Shown: in pieces, positions 57,016 through 64,000 of the stretch | Numbering within the stretch: position 1 is the stretch's first letter | Layout of the letters: each line of letters opens with the position of its first letter | Virus record (IMG/VR): IMGVR_UViG_3300032038_000010 | Coordinates: 32,001-96,000 of that record | Length of the DNA: 64,000 nt | Reading direction: 5' to 3' (one strand) | From: a virus | Lineage: Duplodnaviria; Caudoviricetes | The notes under the pieces: generated by a model | What the model saw: only the letters and a program-made list of their open reading frames with translations | What the model was told of the DNA's origin: nothing | Databases searched by the model: none | Made by a program: the position numbers and the translations under genes

Positions 57016-57294
57016 ATGGCACTTAAGGAAAATTCACGCAAGGTTTATGATTATGTTTCTGCACATGATGGCGAGGACTTTACAGCAAAGGATATTGCTG
57101 CAGCACTCGGACTTGATGCTCGTCAGGTAAATGGTATCGTTACTTCAGCTTTCCAGCGTAAGGGACTTATGGAGAGAGTTGAGGCAGAAGTTGAGAACGC
57201 AGACGGTACGCATGATAAGGTTAAGCTCGTTAAGCTGACAGACGCTGGCCGCGAGTTCGATCCAGATGCTGATCCTGAGAAGAAGGCAGAGTAA
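57016..57294 (+). CDS. Small winged-helix DNA-binding protein, 92 aa
   Basis: TAKDIAAALGL..RQVNG...RKGL.ER...LTDAG. Strong codon bias; own promoter and terminator. Confidence 0.75.
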   Translation: MALKENSRKVYDYVSAHDGEDFTAKDIAAALGLDARQVNGIVTSAFQRKGLMERVEAEVENADGTHDKVKLVKLTDAGREFDPDADPEKKAE

Positions 57295-57361
57295 TATATA
57301 ACATACATAGTATGCCAATAGGGTTGGGTTATATGACCCAGCCCTATTATTTTATAAAATT

Positions 57362-58294
57362 ATGATAATTGTTTTAACAATATTGATTATAATATTAATC
57401 ATATTGTTATTGAAAATGTGGCAAGATTTAAAACAAACAAAAGCATTTAAAGCAAAATAGATTGCTGATGCGACCGCCGCGCAAGAACAATATGATAATC
57501 TTATAAAGTCAATTAATGATTTAAACCTTGAAAAGGTTAAATTATATAGTGAAATTGAAACTCAAAAGAAAAATATAAATTCAATATATGAATCTGAAAC
57601 CGCTCGTATTCAATCTGAGATTGAACGATATAAAGATAAAGCTACTTACGCTGCTGAAGAATATGTTAATTCATTAAAACAATCATATGTGAAAGCAAAG
57701 TAGCAGCATGACGCACAATTATTACAGTTAGAAGAGGATAAAAAAGAATCCGAATTAGCTTTAGATAAAATACGTCAATCTTTAAGCGCGGGGGTCCAAG
57801 CTAAATTAAGATAGCAAGAAAAACGCACTCAATTAGATTTTTATAAATTAAACATTACAAATACTGAACTACAAGATATACAATTACTAGAAAATGTAAA
57901 ATTAAATTTACATAATCCGATAATTTTAAGTAAACTTATCTGGAGTACATATTTTCAAAAACAAACTAATGAACTATGTAATAGAGTAGTTGGTGTAGAT
58001 AAAAAATGTGGTATTTATAAAATCACAAATATCAATACTGAACAAGTATATATTGGACAAAGTGTTGACATTGGTTCTCGTTGGAAACAACATATTAAGT
58101 GCGGTCTGGGAATAGACGCTCCCGCAACCAATAAGTTATATAACTCTATGCAAAAAGATGGAGTTTGGAATTTTTCTTTTGAAGTTCTCGAAGAATGTCC
58201 GAAAGATCAACTAAATGAAAAAGAAGCTGAATGGATTAATATGTATCAAAGTGATAAATTCGGATATAATAGTACAAAAGGTAATAAAAGTTAA
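57362..58294 (+). CDS. N-terminal TM, coiled coil and C-terminal GIY-YIG nuclease, 310 aa (3 TAG; missed by ORF track)
   Basis: MIIVLTILIIILIILLL...; TAG at 57458, 57701 and 57812 in frame; CGIYKITN...YIGQSVDI..RW.QH...LNEKE..WI. Confidence 0.82.
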
Positions 58295-58305
58295 GGAGTT
58301 TAAAT

Positions 58306-58932
58306 ATGGTAGAAATTCCTACGATTGCAGATACGCTGCAGAAGGTAAAAAATAGTAAGTAGGCTTATAAAACATATGAAAATGCTATAAACAGTCTATC
58401 ATATTGGAAGCGACATTTAATTCTTGGAGTAATCGAGGATGATACTGGAGAATCTATTGAAAGTATGATTAAATTCTGGAACGCTCAAGATGATGAAGCT
58501 AATGTTCCAGTAGATAAAAGACAACCTATTTTACTCTTTGTTGATTCACCTGGTGGAGATTTATCTGCTGCTTTTACAATTATTGATTCTATTGCTTTTT
58601 CAAAAACACCTGTATATACTATTAACATAGGCTGCGCATATAGTGGTGGTTTCTTTGTATATATTGCAGGTCATAAACGGTTTACCTATCCGCACGCATC
58701 TTTCCTTTACCACGAAGGAAGTACAGAAATTGGTGGAGACGCAGGTAAATTTCAAAACTTTTCTGATTTCTATAAAGAACAGTTAACTGAATTAAAAAAC
58801 ATAACCTTGAAATATACAAAGATTTCAGAAGAACTTTATAATGAGAAACGTCGAGATGATTGGTGGATTACTGCTGATGAATCTATTGAATTAGGCGTTA
58901 GTGATGAAGTTTTAGACCATTTTATATATTGA
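58306..58932 (+). CDS. clpP: ClpP-like protease, 208 aa (1 TAG)
   Basis: AAGGAG RBS and ATG at 58306; TAG at 58360; DSPGG, AYSGG, YHE and DDWW motifs. Confidence 0.85.
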
Positions 58933-58941
58933 GGTTTATTA

Positions 58942-59613
58942 ATGAAATTTGAAAATACAGAAGTAATGAATTTTAAAGGGGCTTTCAGAGGATTGCGTAA
59001 TCCTCTTGAGTCCTGGTCTAAATCAGATAGCTCATTTGATAATGGGATGACCATAATCGGAGAAAAAGACTTGAATCTGGCGCAACGCATGATTAAAGCT
59101 GGATCAAGTGATTCTAAATTTCTTCGACAGATTTTTGTGTCTGTAGACATCACGGGCCCGTTATACTGGCTCAAGTAGCTAGACACTTACAAAGTAGCGA
59201 CTGTTGCTAATAGCACCTCAACGATGCACAAATTAGCGTCCACTCCTATTACAAAAGAATGTTTTGAAATGGGAGATTATAACAATCTTAAAGTATATGA
59301 TAATGAACCATATAAAATTAATGATTATACTGATGATTGTTGGGATGAAATAATTAATATTTGCGAAACACTTCGTCAAAGATACAATGAAACAAAAGAC
59401 CAAAGGTACTGGAAAGAATTAATTCGTATCTTACCAGAGTCTTGGCAACAGACTAGAACTTGGACAAATAATTATGCGGGCCTCCGCAATATTTACTTTC
59501 AAAGAAAAAATCATCGTTTAACTGAATGGTCAAATGATTTTTGCTCTTGGATTAAAACTCTTCCCTATGCAGCAGAATTAATTACATACCAGCCAGAGAA
59601 ATCTACTGATTGA
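58942..59613 (+). CDS. ThyX-like (flavin-dependent thymidylate synthase family) protein, 223 aa (1 TAG)
   Basis: Two ORF-track fragments join via TAG at 59176: KFLRQI...PLYWLK*LDTYKV..NSTSTMHKL...LPES..Q.R...NY..LRNIY.QR..H.L.EW. Confidence 0.75.
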
Positions 59614-59695
59614 TTTTTTAAAAAACTTTTGCTATAATATTTATAGAAAGTTAAGAAAGAACAGCTATTATTATTTTCTATTAAGGAGAAAACTA

Positions 59696-60625
59696 ATGAG
59701 AAAGAACACAAATCAGGAACAGATTGAAGGAAGAATTTATCAGCATAATCTTCAGGAAAAGATTACTGGAGAAACCAGTAAGCATCCTGGAACACCATTT
59801 ATTGCTGGTACAATTGATGTAGCAACAGATGAACGGGGACTCAATATTCTCACAGTTCATTATACATATGTAACTGAATCTACAAAGAATGGTAATAAGA
59901 ACGCTTCTTATGCAAATCTCAAGAGGATCATTGATAATGGTAAGACTATTACTAATGATGGCATTGAGAACGCATGGAAGGTAAGACTCACGCCTGCAAT
60001 CGCACTGAATGATTTCTACCCACAGGGGCAGGATGATCTCGTATCTCAGCCTCGAAATGAGGGCGGTTTTGTATCTATTATTTCAGAGCTTCATCCAGAG
60101 GGAATCGAGAGAAATAAGTTTACAGCGGATGTCCTTATTAATAAGGTAGACCATGTTGATGCAGATGAAGAGAAGGGTATCACAGAAGATTTCGTTCGTA
60201 TGAACTGTGCGGTATTTAATTTCCGTAATGATATTCTTCCATTTACTTTCGTAGCAAAGAATAAGGATGCTATGAAGTATTTTGAAGGACTTGAACTTCC
60301 TTGCTATACTAAGGTATGGGGCAAGATTGTAAGCTCTACTCAGACTGTTAGACATAAGACTGAATCTGCTTTTGGCGGAGACGCAGTTGATACAACAGAG
60401 AAAAGAGTTCGTGAGTGGGTTGTAACAGGCGCTCAGAAGGAGCCTTATGAGTTCGGAGAAGAGAATGTTATGACCGCTGATGAAGTTAAGGAAGCGCTTG
60501 CAAATCGTAATGTAATGCTTGCTGAAAACAAGAAGAGAAGCGAAGAGTATTACGCAAAGAACGGAGCTACTTCAACATCTTCCAAGACAGATGCGGCAGT
60601 CCCCGCAGGTGGATTTAATTTCTAA
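59696..60625 (+). CDS. Putative single-stranded DNA-binding protein, 309 aa
   Basis: Beta-rich with a flexible tail ending in F; strong codon bias; precedes the Sak4-like ATPase. Confidence 0.55.
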   Translation: MRKNTNQEQIEGRIYQHNLQEKITGETSKHPGTPFIAGTIDVATDERGLNILTVHYTYVTESTKNGNKNASYANLKRIIDNGKTITNDGIENAWKVRLTPAIALNDFYPQGQDDLVSQPRNEGGFVSIISELHPEGIERNKFTADVLINKVDHVDADEEKGITEDFVRMNCAVFNFRNDILPFTFVAKNKDAMKYFEGLELPCYTKVWGKIVSSTQTVRHKTESAFGGDAVDTTEKRVREWVVTGAQKEPYEFGEENVMTADEVKEALANRNVMLAENKKRSEEYYAKNGATSTSSKTDAAVPAGGFNF

Positions 60626-60701
60626 TTAATCACTATTTTATGTAGAGGGGATTATTGATAAAATAATCCTCTCATATTTTTCTATGAAAGGATGACTAAT
60701 A

Positions 60702-61736
60702 ATGGCAGATATTAATATTTTTAACATTCAGCCGCATCAGGTTAGTCGTGATATGAGAGGATATTCCGTATTCTTCTACGGCGAACCAAAGAGTGGCAAG
60801 ACTACCACCGCATCAAAGTTTCCAAAGAGTCTTTTGCTTGCATTTGAAAAAGGTTATAATGCGCTACCTGGAGTTATGGCACAGCCTATCAATAGCTGGG
60901 CAGAGTTTAAAAAGGTTCTTCGCCAGCTGAAAGAATCTCAGGCGCATGAGATGTTTGAAACAATCATTATTGATACATCTGATATTGCGTATGACTATTG
61001 CACAAAATATATCTGTGATAATGCGCCTCGTTCAGATGGTGGATTTGGTGTTGACTCTATCTCAGATATTCCTTATGGTAAAGGATATGGAATGATTTCA
61101 AAAGAATTTGATTCATGTCTTCGTTCTATTGTAATGATGGATTATGGTCTTGTTATCATTTCTCATGCAACCGATAAGACTTTCACTGATGAACAGGGTC
61201 AGCAGTATAATAAGATTGTTCCTACTCTTGACAAAAGAGCAAATAATATTGTATCTCGTATGTGCGATATTATTGGATATTCACGTATTGTAACCGATAA
61301 AGAAGGCGTTGAATCTACAAAACTTTTTATTCGCGGTACTTCACGTTTTGAAGCTGGATCAAGATTTAAGTATACTCCAGATTATATTGATTTTAATTAT
61401 AAGTCTCTTGTCAATGCTATTGGTGATGCTATCGACAAACAGGCTAAAGAAGATGGAGAAGAGTATTTTACTGATACTCGTAGCAATCTTTATGAAGATA
61501 CTACTAAGAATCTTGATTTCGATGAACTTATGGCTACATTCAATAGCCTAGTTAAATCTATTACGGATAAGGCTTCTGATGAAGAAATGCAATCTTTTTG
61601 GGCGCCTCGTATTCAATCTATTACAGATAAATATCTTGGTAGAGGAAATAAGGTTAATAATATGTCAAGAGAGCAGGTTGAAGCTCTTTCACTTATCAAT
61701 GATGACTTGTCTGAATTAATTAATTCAAAAAAGTAA
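60702..61736 (+). CDS. Sak4-like/AAA_24 ATPase (recombination)
   Basis: YGEPKSGKTT, LLLAFEKG, IIIDT, YGKGY and ISH motifs. Confidence 0.8.
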   Translation: MADINIFNIQPHQVSRDMRGYSVFFYGEPKSGKTTTASKFPKSLLLAFEKGYNALPGVMAQPINSWAEFKKVLRQLKESQAHEMFETIIIDTSDIAYDYCTKYICDNAPRSDGGFGVDSISDIPYGKGYGMISKEFDSCLRSIVMMDYGLVIISHATDKTFTDEQGQQYNKIVPTLDKRANNIVSRMCDIIGYSRIVTDKEGVESTKLFIRGTSRFEAGSRFKYTPDYIDFNYKSLVNAIGDAIDKQAKEDGEEYFTDTRSNLYEDTTKNLDFDELMATFNSLVKSITDKASDEEMQSFWAPRIQSITDKYLGRGNKVNNMSREQVEALSLINDDLSELINSKK

Positions 61737-61848
61737 ATTCTTTAATATATACTAGATTTTTTTAAGAGGAAGATAGATAATATCTTCCTCTTTACTTTTT
61801 TATAAAAATATGATATAATAAATATAAGAATGAGGTGATATATTTATT

Positions 61849-62373
61849 ATGACAAAACATATTGTAATATGTCCATTCTGTAAACAATCTTTCGATGCAC
61901 AACCCGAAGGAGAAAATAAAGAATGGATTAAAATCAAACGCCGTTATGCTCATATGTCGTGTTATATTGATCATGAACAAAGCATGACTCAAGAGGAAAA
62001 AGATTTAAGAGATTTAGTAACATATATACAACAATTATTAGGTGATGATTATGTATATATGAAGGTAAAGAAACAAATAGAAGAATATCATAATAAATTT
62101 CAATATTCATATACAGGAATGTTGTCGTCTTTAAAATGGTATTATGAAGTTCAAAACAATAAAACAGATAAAGCTAATGGTGGCATAGGAATAATTCCAT
62201 ATATTTACAACGATGCTAAAAAATATTATTATAATATTTATTTAGCACAGCAGAAAAATGCCACTATAACAAACTACCAAGTGCCAGTGAAAGAAATTTC
62301 AATCCAGTCCCCTCGGATGTATGAGCGGCCGCCGCACTTATGGTTTGAAAATGATGAGGAGGATGAAGATTAA
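61849..62373 (+). CDS. Hypothetical Zn-binding replication protein, 174 aa
   Basis: CxxC...HxxC and GIGIIPY; directly before the helicase. Confidence 0.65.
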   Translation: MTKHIVICPFCKQSFDAQPEGENKEWIKIKRRYAHMSCYIDHEQSMTQEEKDLRDLVTYIQQLLGDDYVYMKVKKQIEEYHNKFQYSYTGMLSSLKWYYEVQNNKTDKANGGIGIIPYIYNDAKKYYYNIYLAQQKNATITNYQVPVKEISIQSPRMYERPPHLWFENDEEDED

Positions 62374-63917
62374 TGGCACAACCAAGATATGTTGATATTC
62401 CAGCTATTGTACAAGTCATTGGAAGCGTTTATCAAAACCCAAATCTATTAGATAATGAAGCGTATCATATTACAGAAGATGATTTTACTGAAAAATTTCA
62501 TAAAGTAATTTTCGGTTCTATTTATAATCTTCATATGCTAGGCGCACAAAAAATTAATATCAATACAATAGAAGATTATCTTGGACAAAGACCAACAAAA
62601 TTAGCTATCTATAAAACTAATAAAGGGCCAGAATATCTGGAAAATCTTCAAGAATCAACTCAGGTCGAGTCTTTTGATTATTATTACAAAAGAATGAAAA
62701 AAATGACTTTACTCCGTATGTATAATGAGCGAGTCGGAATGGATTTATCATGGTTGTATGATATTAATAATATTCTTGACATAAAGAAAAAACAAAAGCA
62801 AGAAGATTGGTTAGATAATACTCCTATTGAAGATATAGCTAATCAAGTTAATGATAAAATTGAACAAATCAAATCAAAGTATGTTGATAATGCAGATGAC
62901 AGCTTTTCCGAAGCAGGAGAAGGTATTGAAGATTTAATCGTCCGTTTACAAAAATATCCTGAAGTTGGTTATCCTCTTTATGGTGCTTTAAATAACTCTA
63001 TACATCGCGGCGCCCGCCTCGGTAAGTTATATCTTCGCAGCGCGGCTACAGGAGTTGGTAAAACTAGAGCCATGGTGGCAGATTGTTGCACTATTGGATG
63101 TGCAGAATTATATGATTCTACCACGGGTTCATGGATAGCAAATGGAACTAAAGAGCCAGTTGTATTTGTAACTACTGAGCAGCAGCTAGATGAAATCCAG
63201 ACTATGATGTTAGCTTTTATAGCTAATGTCAATGAAGATCATATTCTTGACAACTCGTATGGAACAGATGAGTTAGAGAGAGTCATGCACGCCGCACAAA
63301 TCCTCAAAGAGTCTGACATTCATATCAAAAGATTACCAGACTTCAGTTTGCAAGATATTGAAAACACAATTAAATTTAGTGTACGAGAATATCATGTAAG
63401 ATATTTCTTCCATGATTATATTCATACTTCAATTAAAATTCTTAGTGAGATTAGTTCAAAAGCTAGAGTTCAAGGATTGCGTGAAGATAATATTTTGTTT
63501 ATGATTGCGGTCCGCCTAAAAGATTTAGCAGTTGAGAATGGTATCTTTATTGAAACGGCTACTCAGTTGAATGGTGATTATCGAACAGCTCAAACTTACG
63601 ACCAAAATCTTCTGCGTGGAGCAAAAAGTATTGCAGATAAAATTGACGTAGGTGAAATAATGCTTGATGTATCTCAAGAAGATAAAGAAGCATTAAAGAA
63701 ATTAATTGAACAAAATGGTTTTCCGATTCCAGATACTAAAATATCAATTTATAAAAATCGTAGAGGAAAGTATAAAGATATATTAGTTTGGTGTTCAAGT
63801 GATAAGGGCTGTTGTAAAATCAATCCTACTTTTGTAACTAATTATCAATATGAATTACTAGATATTCCAGCATTAAAAATTACTGTTACTCCGAGAGAAG
63901 AGGAGTCCGCATTTTGA
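62373..63917 (+). CDS. DnaB-like replicative helicase
   Basis: SAATGVGKTR Walker A; FHDYIH, ATQLN, LRGAKSIADKID and KNRRG motifs. Confidence 0.88.
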   Translation: MAQPRYVDIPAIVQVIGSVYQNPNLLDNEAYHITEDDFTEKFHKVIFGSIYNLHMLGAQKININTIEDYLGQRPTKLAIYKTNKGPEYLENLQESTQVESFDYYYKRMKKMTLLRMYNERVGMDLSWLYDINNILDIKKKQKQEDWLDNTPIEDIANQVNDKIEQIKSKYVDNADDSFSEAGEGIEDLIVRLQKYPEVGYPLYGALNNSIHRGARLGKLYLRSAATGVGKTRAMVADCCTIGCAELYDSTTGSWIANGTKEPVVFVTTEQQLDEIQTMMLAFIANVNEDHILDNSYGTDELERVMHAAQILKESDIHIKRLPDFSLQDIENTIKFSVREYHVRYFFHDYIHTSIKILSEISSKARVQGLREDNILFMIAVRLKDLAVENGIFIETATQLNGDYRTAQTYDQNLLRGAKSIADKIDVGEIMLDVSQEDKEALKKLIEQNGFPIPDTKISIYKNRRGKYKDILVWCSSDKGCCKINPTFVTNYQYELLDIPALKITVTPREEESAF

Positions 63918-64000
63918 AATATGATAAAGATGAAATAAAAAATTCATTAACAATAGAGCAAGTAGAACAATTAGTAGCAGAACTTGGCGGCGAACCTCGC
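63914..64000 (+). CDS. Probable DNA primase, N-terminus only
   Basis: AGGAG RBS; TTG overlapping the helicase stop; MKYDKDEIKNSLTIEQVEQLVAELGGEPR. Call rests on synteny only. Confidence 0.5.
   Translation, partial: MKYDKDEIKNSLTIEQVEQLVAELGGEPR

Larger units (their letters stand above)
2134..62332. repeat. Dispersed palindrome GCGGCCGC (at least 21 exact copies)
   Basis: Exact copies start at 2134, 9768, 10293, 13289, 16042, 17881, 20957, 23526, 24642, 28591, 28693, 32933, 34281, 36075, 38914, 42082, 46537, 54598, 56218, 56431 and 62325. Confidence 0.9.

Noticed and set aside
2299-63232. Numerous short antisense or alternate-frame ORFs in the track (e.g. 2299-2652, 19950-20357, 36940-37314, 48749-49111, 52163-52591)
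   Set aside because: They fully overlap well-supported genes and have atypical composition.
4188-64000. A second DGR target (additional VR)
   Set aside because: No further copy of the TR/VR sequence was found by eye in the window.

Overview
A 64-kb internal segment of an AT-rich (roughly one-third GC by eye) large tailed-phage genome, siphovirus-like. The host is probably a Firmicute, judged from AAGGAG RBSs and sigmaA-consensus promoters. The phage reads TAG as a sense codon: the ORF-track fragments on the minus strand join exactly in frame across TAG, and every true gene end I checked is TAA or TGA. Minus strand (1-41.8 kb) is the virion arm: portal, protease/scaffold, major capsid, neck, tail tube split by a group I intron, a 3140-aa tape measure, tail tip/fibre genes, a holin-like gene, and a complete diversity-generating retroelement (Ig-domain target with VR, avd, TR, RT). 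Plus strand (41.9-64 kb) carries phosphoesterases/kinase, PIN-PhoH, a holin-like gene and amidase endolysin, gyrB (group I intron) and gyrA, NAD ligase, ClpP, ThyX-like, SSB, Sak4-like ATPase, helicase and the primase start. Main leads: (1) many recoded TAGs fall where the family appears to need Glu rather than Gln, which suggests TAG=Glu or mixed Glu/Gln decoding instead of ordinary code 15; (2) at least 21 exact copies of the GC-only palindrome GCGGCCGC in all three reading frames, a HIP1-like pattern; (3) a DGR whose RT, Avd and target all depend on TAG read-through. All counts and alignments were done by eye. Homolog consensus statements are recalled and need checking.
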